DNA from: Antedon mediterranea
Lineage: Eukaryota; Animalia; Echinodermata
DNA length: 64,000 nt
Assembly (NCBI RefSeq): GCF_964355755.1
Contig: NC_092672.1
Coordinates: 13,640,001-13,704,000, forward strand
Direction: 5' to 3'
Part shown: positions 49,140 through 63,207 of the stretch, in pieces
Numbering within the stretch: the first letter of the stretch is position 1
Layout: each line of letters begins with the position of its first letter
Program-made: the position numbers and the translations under genes
Notes under the pieces: generated by a model
Database searches by the model: none
What the model was told of the DNA's origin: nothing
What the model saw: only the letters and a program-made list of their open reading frames with translations

Positions 49140-49730
49140 AACAATTAAACGAATCTCAACTAGTACCAACAAATGACGACTTGCTGTCGAATCAGTGTGA
49201 TACATATAATGTAGCTAATGCATACATTCGACCGATGTGTTAAGTCATACCGTTTAGAATATAAAAGTTTTTACAGAGATTATAGAGTAATATAATTAAT
49301 TTGTAATAACTGTCAACATGTTTTTTTAAAACAAAACTGATGACGTGTTACGTTCGATGGTCGTAAAACACCGTTAACGTTATAGAACACTTACGCTACG
49401 TTGTCAATTTACATAACAATACAGAGTGACGTAAGTAGCGTAAGGTTTATCGAGTCGGACCGTAAAACAAAGACGAAACAGTAAACTATACGTTTCATGG
49501 CTATAAATTAGGTCAATAAATAAAAATTGAAAATACGCCCATTCGTTTCTCTGTGCATTTTAATAATTAAAAAATCAACTGAAATTACAGTAACATTTCA
49601 TTCAGAAAAAATAAATAATTATTTCTCTATAGAAAAAGTATGACGCAACAACATGTAACCTGTTACGTAAATACAGAAGACTTACAATAAACCGTGTGAC
49701 AGATTCTCTTTTTTAATAATTATCTTGATA

Positions 49731-49919
49731 GGTTGGGTCAATCCTGGATGTACTGCAATACCAGGTCAACCCGTGGCCAGGATGGAGCAAGCTCCTATTC
49801 CATGGCCTAAATTCAAAAATCAGTTTAATATAGAAGCTACTCGATGAGCAGCGTTTCAGATATTAAGCTGAAAAGAACAGATACTACACATGATCTTAGC
49901 CAAAAGGCCGAGAAGCGAT
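49731..49919 (-). ncRNA. U2: U2 snRNA copy 38
   Basis: As copy 1. Confidence 0.95.
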
Positions 49920-50507
49920 AACAATTAAACGAATCTCAACTAGTACCAACAAATGACGACTCTGTCGAATCAGTGTGATACATATAATGTAGCTAATGCA
50001 TACATTCGACCGATGTGTTAAGCCATACCGTTTAAAATATAAAAGTTTTTACAGAGATTATAGAGTAATATAATTAATTTGTAATAACTGTCAACATGTT
50101 TTTTTAAAACAAAACTGATGACGTGTTACGTTCGATGGTCGTAAAACACCGTTAACGTTATAGAACACTTACGCTACGTTGTCAATTTACATAACAATAC
50201 AGAGTGACGTAAGTAGCGTAAGGTTTATCGAGTCGGACCGTAAAACAAAGACGAAACAGTAAAATATACGTTTCATGGCTATAAATTACGTCATTAACAA
50301 AATTTGAATATACGCCCATTCGTTTCTCTGTGCATTTTAATAATTAAACAATCAACTGAAATTACAGTAACATTTTATTCAGAAAAAATACATAATTATT
50401 TCTCTATTGAAAAAGTATGACGTAACAACATGTAACCTGTAACGTAAATACAGAAGACCTACAATAAACAGTGTAACAGATTCTATTTTTTAATAACTAT
50501 CTTGATA

Positions 50508-50696
50508 GGTTGGGCCAATCCTGGACGTACTGCAATACCAGGTCAACCCGTGGCCAGGATGGAGCAAGCTCCTATTCCATGGCCTAAATTCAAAAATCAG
50601 TTTAATATAGAAGCTACTCGATGAGCAGCGTTTCAGATATTAAGCTGAAAAGAACAGATACTACACATGATCTTAGCCAAAAGGCCGAGAAGCGAT
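50508..50696 (-). ncRNA. U2: U2 snRNA copy 39
   Basis: As copy 1. Confidence 0.95.
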
Positions 50697-51287
50697 AACA
50701 ATTAAACGAATCTCAACTAGTACCAACAAATGACGACTTGCTGTCGAATCAGTGTGATACATATAATGTAGCTAATGCATACATTCGACCGATGTGTTAA
50801 GCCATACCGTTTAAAATATAAAAGTTTTTACAGAGATTATAGAGTAATATAATTAATTTGTAATAACTGTCAACATGTTTTTTTTAAACAAAACTGATGA
50901 CGTGTTACGTTCGATGGTCGTAAAACACCGTTAACACTTACGCTACGTTGTCAATTTACATAACAATACAGAGTATACATACAGTGACGTAAGTAGCGTA
51001 ATGTTTATCGAGTCGGACCGTAAAACAAAGACGAAACAGTAAAATATACGTTTCATGGCTATAAATTACGTCATTAACAAAATTTGAATATACGCCCATT
51101 CGTTTCTCTGTGCATTTTAATAATTAAACAATCAACTGAAATTACAGTAACATTTTATTCAGAAAAAATACATAATTATTTCTCTATTGAAAAAGTATGA
51201 CGTAACAACATGTAACCTGTAACGTAAATACAGAAGACCTACAATAAACAGTGTAACAGATTCTATTTTTTAATAATTATCTTGATA

Positions 51288-51476
51288 GGTTGGGCCAATC
51301 CTGGACGTACTGCAATACCAGGTCAACCCGTGGCCAGGATGGAGCAAGCTCCTATTCCATGGCCTAAATTCAAAAATCAGTTTAATATAGAAGCTACTCG
51401 ATGAGCAGCGTTTCAGATATTAAGCTGAAAAGAACAGATACTACACATGATCTTAGCCAAAAGGCCGAGAAGCGAT
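51288..51476 (-). ncRNA. U2: U2 snRNA copy 40
   Basis: As copy 1. Confidence 0.95.
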
Positions 51477-52084
51477 AACAATTAAACGAATCTCAACTAG
51501 TACCAACAAATGACGACTTGCTGTCGAATCAGTGTGATACATATAATGTAGCTAATGCATACATTCGACCGATGTGTTAAGCCATACCGTTTAAAATATA
51601 AAAGTTTTTACAGAGATTATAGAGTAATATAATTAATTTGTAATATTAACTGTCAACATGTTTTTTTAAAACAAAACTGATGACGTGTTACGTTCGATGG
51701 TCGTAAAACACCGTTAACGTTATAGAACACTTACGCTACGTTGTCAATTTACATAACAATACAGAGTATACATACAGTGGCGTAAGTAGCGTAAGGTTTA
51801 TCGAGTCGGACCGTAAAACAAAGACGAAACAGTAAACTATACGTTTCATGGCTATAAATTAGGTCAATAAATAAAAATTGAAAATACGCCCATTCGTTTC
51901 TCTGTGCATTTTAATAATTAAAAAATCAACTGAAATTACAGTAACATTTCATTCAGAAAAAATAAATAATTATTTCTCTATAGAAAAAGTATGACGTAAC
52001 AACATGTAACCTGTTACGTAAATACAGAAGAAGACCTACAATAAACAGTGTAACAGATTCTATTTTGTAATAATTATCTTGATA

Positions 52085-52273
52085 GGTTGGGCCAATCCTG
52101 GATGTACTGCAATACCAGGTCAACCCGTGGCCAGGATGGAGCAAGCTCTTATTCCATGGCCTAAATTCAAAAATAAGTTTAATATAGAAGCTACTCGATG
52201 AGCAGCGTTTCAGATATTAAGCTGAAAAAAACAGATACTACACATGATCTTAGCCAAAAGGCCGAGAAGCGAT
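52085..52273 (-). ncRNA. U2: U2 snRNA copy 41 (C45U variant)
   Basis: As copy 1; g>a at 52229. Confidence 0.92.
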
Positions 52274-52878
52274 AACAATTAAACGAATCTCAACTAGTAC
52301 CAACAAATGACGACTTGCTGTCGAATCAGTGTGATACATATAATGTAGCTAATGCATACATTCGACCGATGTGTTAAGCCATACCGTTTAAAATATAAAA
52401 GTTTTTACAGAGATTATAGAGTAATATAATTAATTTGTAATAACTGTCAACATGTTTTTTTAAAACAAAACTGATGACGTGTTACGTTCGATGGTCGTAA
52501 AACACCGTTAACGTTATAGAACACTTACGCTACGTTGTCAATTTACATAACAATACAGAGTATACATACAGTGACGTAAGTAGCGTAAGGTTTATCGAGT
52601 CGGACCGTAAAACAAAGACGAAACAGTAAACTATACGTTTCATGGCTATAAATTAGGTCAATAAATAAAAATTGAAAATACGCCCATTCGTTTCTCTGTG
52701 CATTTTAATAATTAAAAAATCAACTGAAATTACAGTAACATTTCATTCAGAAAAAATAAATAATTATTTCTCTATAGAAAAAGTATGACGTAACAACATG
52801 TAACCTGTTACGTAAATACAGAAGAAGACCTACAATAAACAGTGTAACAGATTCTATTTTGTAATAATTATCTTGATA

Positions 52879-53067
52879 GGTTGGGCCAATCCTGGATGTA
52901 CTGCAATACCAGGTCAACCCGTGGCCAGGATGGAGCAAGCTCCTATTCCATGGCCTAAATTCAAAAATAAGTTTAATATAGAAGCTACTCGATGAGCAGC
53001 GTTTCAGATATTAAGCTGAAAAGAACAGATACTACACATGATCTTAGCCAAAAGGCCGAGAAGCGAA
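52879..53067 (-). ncRNA. U2: U2 snRNA copy 42 (A1U variant)
   Basis: As copy 1; t>a at 53067. Confidence 0.92.
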
Positions 53068-53657
53068 AACAATTAAACGAATCTCAACTAGTACCAACAA
53101 ATGACGACTTGCTGTCGAATCAGTGTGATACATATAATGTAGCTAATGAATACATTCGACCGATGTGTTAAGCCATACCGTTTAAAATATAAAAGTTTTT
53201 ACAGAGATTATAGAGTAATATAATTAATTTGTAATAACTGTCAACATGTTTTTTTAAAACAAAACTGATGACGTGTTACGTTCGATGGTCGTAAAACACC
53301 GTTAACGTTATAGAACACTTACGCTACGTTGTCAATTTACATAACAATACAGAGTGACGTAAGTAGCGTAAGGTTTATCGAGTCGGACCGTAAAACAAAG
53401 ACGAAACAGTAAAATATACGTTTCATGGCTATAAATTACGTCATTAACAAAATTTGAATATACGCCCATTCGTTTCTCTGTGCATTTTAATAATTAAACA
53501 ATCAACTGAAATTACAGTAACATTTTATTCAGAAAAAATACATAATTATTTCTCTATTGAAAAAGTATGACGTAACAACATGTAACCTGTAACGTAAATA
53601 CAGAAGACCTACAATAAACAGTGTAACAGATTCTATTTTTTAATAATTATCTTGATA

Positions 53658-53846
53658 GGTTGGGCCAATCCTGGACGTACTGCAATACCAGGTCAACCCG
53701 TGGCCAGGATGGAGCAAGCTCCTATTCCATGGCCTAAATTCAAAAATCAGTTTAATATAGAAGCTACTCGATGAGCAGCGTTTCAGATATTAAGCTGAAA
53801 AGAACAGATACTACACATGATCTTAGCCAAAAGGCCGAGAAGCGAT
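53658..53846 (-). ncRNA. U2: U2 snRNA copy 43
   Basis: As copy 1. Confidence 0.95.
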
Positions 53847-54439
53847 AACAATTAAACGAATCTCAACTAGTACCAACAAATGACGACTTGCTGTCGAATC
53901 AGTGTGATACATATAATGTAGCTAATGCATACATTCGACCGATGTGTTAAGCCATACCGTTTAAAATATAAAAGTTTTTACAGAGATTATAGAGTAATAT
54001 AATTAATTTGTAATATTAACTGTCAACATGTTTTTTTAAAACAAAACTGATGACGTGTTACGTTCGATGGTCGTAAAACACCGTTAACGTTATAGAACAC
54101 TTACGCTACGTTGTCAATTTAGATAACAATACAGAGTGACGTAAGTAGCGTAAGGTTTATCGAGTCGGACCGTAAAACAAAGACGAAACAGTAAAATATA
54201 CGTTTCATGGCTATAAATTACGTCATTAACAAAATTTGAATATACGCCCATTCGTTTCTCTGTGCATTTTAATAATTAAACAATCAACTGAAATTACAGT
54301 AACATTTTATTCAGAAAAAATACATAATTATTTCTCTATTGAAAAAGTATGACGTAACAACATGTAACCTGTAACGTAAATACAGAAGACCTACAATAAA
54401 CAGTGTAACAGATTCTATTTTTTAATAATTATCTTGATA

Positions 54440-54628
54440 GGTTGGGCCAATCCTGGACGTACTGCAATACCAGGTCAACCCGTGGCCAGGATGGAGCAAG
54501 CTCCTATTCCATGGCCTAAATTCAAAAATCAGTTTAATATAGAAGCTACTCGATGAGCAGCGTTTCAGATATTAAGCTGAAAAGAACAGATACTACACAT
54601 GATCTTAGCCAAAAGGCCGAGAAGCGAT
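54440..54628 (-). ncRNA. U2: U2 snRNA copy 44
   Basis: As copy 1. Confidence 0.95.
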
Positions 54629-55218
54629 AACAATTAAACGAATCTCAACTAGTACCAACAAATGACGACTTGCTGTCGAATCAGTGTGATACATATAATG
54701 TAGCTAATGCATACATTCGACCGATGTGTTAAGCCATACCGTTTAGAATATAAAAGTTTTTACAGAGATTATAGAGTAATATAATTAATTTGTAATAACT
54801 GTCAACATGTTTTTTTAAAACAAAACTGATGACGTGTTACGTTCGATGGTCGTAAAACACCGTTAACGTTATAGAACACTTACGCTACGTTGTCAATTTA
54901 CATAACAATACAGAGTGACGTAAGTAGCGTAAGGTTTATCGAGTCGGACCGTAAAACAAAGACGAAACAGTAAACTATACGTTTCATGGCTATAAATTAG
55001 GTCAATAAATAAAAATTGAAAATACGCCCATTCGTTTCTCTGTGCATTTTAATAATTAAAAAATCAACTGAAATTACAGTAACATTTCATTCAGAAAAAT
55101 AAATAATTATTTCTCTATAGAAAAAGTATGACGCAACAACATGTAACCTGTTACGTAAATACAGAAGACTTACAATAAACCGTGTGACAGATTCTCTTTT
55201 TTAATAATTATCTTGATA

Positions 55219-55407
55219 GGTTGGGCCAATCCTGGATGTACTGCAATACCAGGTCAACCCGTGGCCAGGATGGAGCAAGCTCCTATTCCATGGCCTAAAT
55301 TCAAAAATCAGTTTAATATAGAAGCTACTCGATGAGCAGCGTTTCAGATATTAAGCTGAAAAGAACAGATACTACACATGATCTTAGCCAAAAGGCCGAG
55401 AAGCGAT
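55219..55407 (-). ncRNA. U2: U2 snRNA copy 45
   Basis: As copy 1. Confidence 0.95.
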
Positions 55408-56000
55408 AACAATTAAACGAATCTCAACTAGTACCAACAAATGACGACTTGCTGTCGAATCAGTGTGATACATATAATGTAGCTAATGCATACATTCGAC
55501 CGATGTGTTAAGCCATACCGTTTAAAATATAAAAGTTTTTACAGAGATTATAGAGTAATATAATTAATTTGTAATATTAACTGTCAACATGTTTTTTTAA
55601 AACAAAACTGATGACGTGTTACGTTCGATGGTCGTAAAACACCGTTAACGTTATAGAACACTTACGCTACGTTGTCAATTTACATAACAATACAGAGTGA
55701 CGTAAGTAGCGTAAGGTTTATCGAGTCGGACCGTAAAACAAAGACGAAACAGTAAAATATACGTTTCATGGCTATAAATTACGTCATTAACAAAATTTGA
55801 ATATACGCCCATTCGTTTCTCTGTGCATTTTAATAATTAAACAATCAACTGAAATTACAGTAACATTTTATTCAGAAAAAATACATAATTATTTCTCTAT
55901 TGAAAAAGTATGACGTAACAACATGTAACCTGTAACGTAAATACAGAAGACCTACAATAAACAGTGTAACAGATTCTATTTTTTAATAATTATCTTGATA

Positions 56001-56189
56001 GGTTGGGCCAATCCTGGACGTACTGCAATACCAGGTCAACCCGTGGCCAGGATGGAGCAAGCTCCTATTCCATGGCCTAAATTCAAAAATCAGTTTAATA
56101 TAGAAGCTACTCGATGAGCAGCGTTTCAGATATTAAGCTGAAAAGAACAGATACTACACATGATCTTAGCCAAAAGGCCGAGAAGCGAT
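56001..56189 (-). ncRNA. U2: U2 snRNA copy 46
   Basis: As copy 1. Confidence 0.95.
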
Positions 56190-56779
56190 AACAATTAAAC
56201 GAATCTCAACTAGTACCAACAAATGACGACTTGCTGTCGAATCAGTGTGATACATATAATGTAGCTAATGCATACATTCGACCGATGTGTTAAGTCATAC
56301 CGTTTAGAATATAAAAGTTTTTACAGAGATTATAGAGTAATATAATTAATTTGTAATAACTGTCAACATGTTTTTTTAAAACAAAACTGATGACGTGTTA
56401 CGTTCGATGGTCGTAAAACACCGTTAACGTTATAGAACACTTACGCTACGTTGTCAATTTACATAACAATACAGAGTGACGTAAGTAGCGTAAGGTTTAT
56501 CGAGTCGGACCGTAAAACAAAGACGAAACAGTAAAATATACGTTTCATGGCTATAAATTACGTCATTAACAAAATTTGAATATACGCCCATTCGTTTCTC
56601 TGTGCATTTTAATAATTAAACAATCAACTGAAATTACAGTAACATTTTATTCAGAAAAAATACATAATTATTTCTCTATTGAAAAAGTATGACGTAACAA
56701 CATGTAACCTGTAACGTAAATACAGAAGACCTACAATAAACAGTGTAACAGATTCTATTTTTTAATAATTATCTTGATA

Positions 56780-56968
56780 GGTTGGGCCAATCCTGGACGT
56801 ACTGCAATACCAGGTCAACCCGTGGCCAGGATGGAGCAAGCTCCTATTCCATGGCCTAAATTCAAAAATCAGTTTAATATAGAAGCTACTCGATGAGCAG
56901 CGTTTCAGATATTAAGCTGAAAAGAACAGATACTACACATGATCTTAGCCAAAAGGCCGAGAAGCGAT
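56780..56968 (-). ncRNA. U2: U2 snRNA copy 47
   Basis: As copy 1. Confidence 0.95.
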
Positions 56969-57559
56969 AACAATTAAACGAATCTCAACTAGTACCAACA
57001 AATGACGACTTGCTGTCGAATCAGTGTGATACATATAATGTAGCTAATGCATACATTCGACCGATGTGTTAAGTCATACCGTTTAGAATATAAAAGTTTT
57101 TACAGAGATTATAGAGTAATATAATTAATTTGTAATAACTGTCAACATGTTTTTTTAAAACAAAACTGATGACGTGTTACGTTCGATGGTCGTAAAACAC
57201 CGTTAACGTTATAGAACACTTACGCTACGTTGTCAATTTACATAACAATACAGAGTGACGTAAGTAGCGTAAGGTTTATCGAGTCGGACCGTAAAACAAA
57301 GACGAAACAGTAAACTATACGTTTCATGGCTATAAATTAGGTCAATAAATAAAAATTGAAAATACGCCCATTCGTTTCTCTGTGCATTTTAATAATTAAA
57401 AAATCAACTGAAATTACAGTAACATTTCATTCAGAAAAAATAAATAATTATTTCTCTATAGAAAAAGTATGACGCAACAACATGTAACCTGTTACGTAAA
57501 TACAGAAGACTTACAATAAACCGTGTGACAGATTCTCTTTTTTAATAATTATCTTGATA

Positions 57560-57748
57560 GGTTGGGTCAATCCTGGATGTACTGCAATACCAGGTCAACC
57601 CGTGGCCAGGATGGAGCAAGCTCCTATTCCATGGCCTAAATTCAAAAATCAGTTTAATATAGAAGCTACTCGATGAGCAGCGTTTCAGATATTAAGCTGA
57701 AAAGAACAGATACTACACATGATCTTAGCCAAAAGGCCGAGAAGCGAT
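57560..57748 (-). ncRNA. U2: U2 snRNA copy 48
   Basis: As copy 1. Confidence 0.95.
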
Positions 57749-58338
57749 AACAATTAAACAAATCTCAACTAGTACCAACAAATGACGACTTGCTGTCGAA
57801 TCAGTGTGATACATATAATGTAGCTAATGCATACATTCGACCGATGTGTTAAGCCATACCGTTTAAAATATAAAAGTTTTTACAGAGATTATAGAGTAAT
57901 ATAATTAATTTGTAATAACTGTCAACATGTTTTTTTAAAACAAAACTGATGACGTGTTACGTTCGATGGTCGTAAAACACCGTTAACGTTATAGAACACT
58001 TACGCTACGTTGTCAATTTACATAACAATACAGAGTGACGTAAGTAGCGTAAGGTTTATCGAGTCGGACCGTAAAACAAAGACGAAACAGTAAAATATAC
58101 GTTTCATGGCTATAAATTACGTCATTAACAAAATTTGAATATACGCCCATTCGTTTCTCTGTGCATTTTAATAATTAAACAATCAACTGAAATTACAGTA
58201 ACATTTTATTCAGAAAAAATACATAATTATTTCTCTATTGAAAAAGTATGACGTAACAACATGTAACCTGTAACGTAAATACAGAAGACCTACAATAAAC
58301 AGTGTAACAGATTCTATTTTTTAATAATTATCTTGATA

Positions 58339-58527
58339 GGTTGGGCCAATCCTGGACGTACTGCAATACCAGGTCAACCCGTGGCCAGGATGGAGCAAGC
58401 TCCTATTCCATGGCCTAAATTCAAAAATCAGTTTAATATAGAAGCTACTCGATGAGCAGCGTTTCAGATATTAAGCTGAAAAGAACAGATACTACACATG
58501 ATCTTAGCCAAAAGGCCGAGAAGCGAT
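58339..58527 (-). ncRNA. U2: U2 snRNA copy 49
   Basis: As copy 1. Confidence 0.95.
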
Positions 58528-59118
58528 AACAATTAAACGAATCTCAACTAGTACCAACAAATGACGACTTGCTGTCGAATCAGTGTGATACATATAATGT
58601 AGCTAATGCATACATTCGACCGATGTGTTAAGCCATACCGTTTAGAATATAAAAGTTTTTACAGAGATTATAGAGTAATATAATTAATTTGTAATAACTG
58701 TCAACATGTTTTTTTAAAACAAAACTGATGACGTGTTACGTTCGATGGTCGTAAAACACCGTTAACGTTATAGAACACTTACGCTACGTTGTCAATTTAC
58801 ATAACAATACAGAGTGACGTAAGTAGCGTAAGGTTTATCGAGTCGGACCGTAAAACAAAGACGAAACAGTAAACTATACGTTTCATGGCTATAAATTAGG
58901 TCAATAAATAAAAATTGAAAATACGCCCATTCGTTTCTCTGTGCATTTTAATAATTAAAAAATCAACTGAAATTACAGTAACATTTCATTCAGAAAAAAT
59001 AAATAATTATTTCTCTATAGAAAAAGTATGACGCAACAACATGTAACCTGTTACGTAAATACAGAAGACTTACAATAAACCGTGTGACAGATTCTCTTTT
59101 TTAATAATTATCTTGATA

Positions 59119-59307
59119 GGTTGGGCCAATCCTGGATGTACTGCAATACCAGGTCAACCCGTGGCCAGGATGGAGCAAGCTCCTATTCCATGGCCTAAAT
59201 TCAAAAATCAGTTTAATATAGAAGCTACTCGATGAGCAGCGTTTCAGATATTAAGCTGAAAAGAACAGATACTACACATGATCTTAGCCAAAAGGCCGAG
59301 AAGCGAT
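59119..59307 (-). ncRNA. U2: U2 snRNA copy 50
   Basis: As copy 1. Confidence 0.95.
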
Positions 59308-59900
59308 AACAATTAAACGAATCTCAACTAGTACCAACAAATGACGACTTGCTGTCGAATCAGTGTGATACATATAATGTAGCTAATGCATACATTCGAC
59401 CGATGTGTTAAGCCATACCGTTTAAAATATAAAAGTTTTTACAGAGATTATAGAGTAATATAATTAATTTGTAATATTAACTGTCAACATGTTTTTTTAA
59501 AACAAAACTGATGACGTGTTACGTTCGATGGTCGTAAAACACCGTTAACGTTATAGAACACTTACGCTACGTTGTCAATTTACATAACAATACAGAGTGA
59601 CGTAAGTAGCGTAAGGTTTATCGAGTCGGACCGTAAAACAAAGACGAAACAGTAAAATATACGTTTCATGGCTATAAATTACGTCATTAACAAAATTTGA
59701 ATATACGCCCATTCGTTTCTCTGTGCATTTTAATAATTAAACAATCAACTGAAATTACAGTAACATTTTATTCAGAAAAAATACATAATTATTTCTCTAT
59801 TGAAAAAGTATGACGTAACAACATGTAACCTGTAACGTAAATACAGAAGACCTACAATAAACAGTGTAACAGATTCTATTTTTTAATAATTATCTTGATA

Positions 59901-60089
59901 GGTTGGGCCAATCCTGGACGTACTGCAATACCAGGTCAACCCGTGGCCAGGATGGAGCAAGCTCCTATTCCATGGCCTAAATTCAAAAATCAGTTTAATA
60001 TAGAAGCTACTCGATGAGCAGCGTTTCAGATATTAAGCTGAAAAGAACAGATACTACACATGATCTTAGCCAAAAGGCCGAGAAGCGAT
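59901..60089 (-). ncRNA. U2: U2 snRNA copy 51
   Basis: As copy 1. Confidence 0.95.
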
Positions 60090-60679
60090 AACAATTAAAC
60101 GAATCTCAACTAGTACCAACAAATGACGACTTGCTGTCGAATCAGTGTGATACATATAATGTAGCTAATGCATACATTCGACCGATGTGTTAAGTCATAC
60201 CGTTTAGAATATAAAAGTTTTTACAGAGATTATAGAGTAATATAATTAATTTGTAATAACTGTCAACATGTTTTTTTAAAACAAAACTGATGACGTGTTA
60301 CGTTCGATGGTCGTAAAACACCGTTAACGTTATAGAACACTTACGCTACGTTGTCAATTTACATAACAATACAGAGTGACGTAAGTAGCGTAAGGTTTAT
60401 CGAGTCGGACCGTAAAACAAAGACGAAACAGTAAAATATACGTTTCATGGCTATAAATTACGTCATTAACAAAATTTGAATATACGCCCATTCGTTTCTC
60501 TGTGCATTTTAATAATTAAACAATCAACTGAAATTACAGTAACATTTTATTCAGAAAAAATACATAATTATTTCTCTATTGAAAAAGTATGACGTAACAA
60601 CATGTAACCTGTAACGTAAATACAGAAGACCTACAATAAACAGTGTAACAGATTCTATTTTTTAATAATTATCTTGATA

Positions 60680-60868
60680 GGTTGGGCCAATCCTGGACGT
60701 ACTGCAATACCAGGTCAACCCGTGGCCAGGATGGAGCAAGCTCCTATTCCATGGCCTAAATTCAAAAATCAGTTTAATATAGAAGCTACTCGATGAGCAG
60801 CGTTTCAGATATTAAGCTGAAAAGAACAGATACTACACATGATCTTAGCCAAAAGGCCGAGAAGCGAT
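60680..60868 (-). ncRNA. U2: U2 snRNA copy 52
   Basis: As copy 1. Confidence 0.95.
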
Positions 60869-61459
60869 AACAATTAAACGAATCTCAACTAGTACCAACA
60901 AATGACGACTTGCTGTCGAATCAGTGTGATACATATAATGTAGCTAATGCATACATTCGACCGATGTGTTAAGTCATACCGTTTAGAATATAAAAGTTTT
61001 TACAGAGATTATAGAGTAATATAATTAATTTGTAATAACTGTCAACATGTTTTTTTAAAACAAAACTGATGACGTGTTACGTTCGATGGTCGTAAAACAC
61101 CGTTAACGTTATAGAACACTTACGCTACGTTGTCAATTTACATAACAATACAGAGTGACGTAAGTAGCGTAAGGTTTATCGAGTCGGACCGTAAAACAAA
61201 GACGAAACAGTAAACTATACGTTTCATGGCTATAAATTAGGTCAATAAATAAAAATTGAAAATACGCCCATTCGTTTCTCTGTGCATTTTAATAATTAAA
61301 AAATCAACTGAAATTACAGTAACATTTCATTCAGAAAAAATAAATAATTATTTCTCTATAGAAAAAGTATGACGCAACAACATGTAACCTGTTACGTAAA
61401 TACAGAAGACTTACAATAAACCGTGTGACAGATTCTCTTTTTTAATAATTATCTTGATA

Positions 61460-61648
61460 GGTTGGGTCAATCCTGGATGTACTGCAATACCAGGTCAACC
61501 CGTGGCCAGGATGGAGCAAGCTCCTATTCCATGGCCTAAATTCAAAAATCAGTTTAATATAGAAGCTACTCGATGAGCAGCGTTTCAGATATTAAGCTGA
61601 AAAGAACAGATACTACACATGATCTTAGCCAAAAGGCCGAGAAGCGAT
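61460..61648 (-). ncRNA. U2: U2 snRNA copy 53
   Basis: As copy 1. Confidence 0.95.
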
Positions 61649-62238
61649 AACAATTAAACGAATCTCAACTAGTACCAACAAATGACGACTTGCTGTCGAA
61701 TCAGTGTGATACATATAATGTAGCTAATGCATACATTCGACCGATGTGTTAAGCCATACCGTTTAAAATATAAAAGTTTTTACAGAGATTATAGAGTAAT
61801 ATAATTAATTTGTAATAACTGTCAACATGTTTTTTTAAAACAAAACTGATGACGTGTTACGTTCGATGGTCGTAAAACACCGTTAACGTTATAGAACACT
61901 TACGCTACGTTGTCAATTTACATAACAATACAGAGTGACGTAAGTAGCGTAAGGTTTATCGAGTCGGACCGTAAAACAAAGACGAAACAGTAAAATATAC
62001 GTTTCATGGCTATAAATTACGTCATTAACAAAATTTGAATATACGCCCATTCGTTTCTCTGTGCATTTTAATAATTAAACAATCAACTGAAATTACAGTA
62101 ACATTTTATTCAGAAAAAATACATAATTATTTCTCTATTGAAAAAGTATGACGTAACAACATGTAACCTGTAACGTAAATACAGAAGACCTACAATAAAC
62201 AGTGTAACAGATTCTATTTTTTAATAATTATCTTGATA

Positions 62239-62427
62239 GGTTGGGCCAATCCTGGACGTACTGCAATACCAGGTCAACCCGTGGCCAGGATGGAGCAAGC
62301 TCCTATTCCATGGCCTAAATTCAAAAATCAGTTTAATATAGAAGCTACTCGATGAGCAGCGTTTCAGATATTAAGCTGAAAAGAACAGATACTACACATG
62401 ATCTTAGCCAAAAGGCCGAGAAGCGAT
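62239..62427 (-). ncRNA. U2: U2 snRNA copy 54
   Basis: As copy 1. Confidence 0.95.
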
Positions 62428-63018
62428 AACAATTAAACGAATCTCAACTAGTACCAACAAATGACGACTTGCTGTCGAATCAGTGTGATACATATAATGT
62501 AGCTAATGCATACATTCGACCGATGTGTTAAGCCATACCGTTTAAAATATAAAAGTTTTTACAGAGATTATAGAGTAATATAATTAATTTGTAATAACTG
62601 TCAACATGTTTTTTTTAAACAAAACTGATGACGTGTTACGTTCGATGGTCGTAAAACACCGTTAACACTTACGCTACGTTGTCAATTTACATAACAATAC
62701 AGAGTATACATACAGTGACGTAAGTAGCGTAATGTTTATCGAGTCGGACCGTAAAACAAAGACGAAACAGTAAAATATACGTTTCATGGCTATAAATTAC
62801 GTCATTAACAAAATTTGAATATACGCCCATTCGTTTCTCTGTGCATTTTAATAATTAAACAATCAACTGAAATTACAGTAACATTTTATTCAGAAAAAAT
62901 ACATAATTATTTCTCTATTGAAAAAGTATGACGTAACAACATGTAACCTGTAACGTAAATACAGAAGACCTACAATAAACAGTGTAACAGATTCTATTTT
63001 TTAATAATTATCTTGATA

Positions 63019-63207
63019 GGTTGGGCCAATCCTGGACGTACTGCAATACCAGGTCAACCCGTGGCCAGGATGGAGCAAGCTCCTATTCCATGGCCTAAAT
63101 TAAAAAATCAGTTTAATATAGAAGCTACTCGATGAGCAGCGTTTCAGATATTAAGCTGAAAAGAACAGATACTACACATGATCTTAGCCAAAAGGCCGAG
63201 AAGCGAT
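63019..63207 (-). ncRNA. U2: U2 snRNA copy 55 (Sm-site G>U variant)
   Basis: As copy 1. Confidence 0.93.

Noticed and set aside
28820-52938. Six identical 63-aa ORFs (MLHPGHG…)
   Set aside because: They start at a TTG inside the U2 3' half and are open only in one spacer haplotype. They are a by-product of the repeat.
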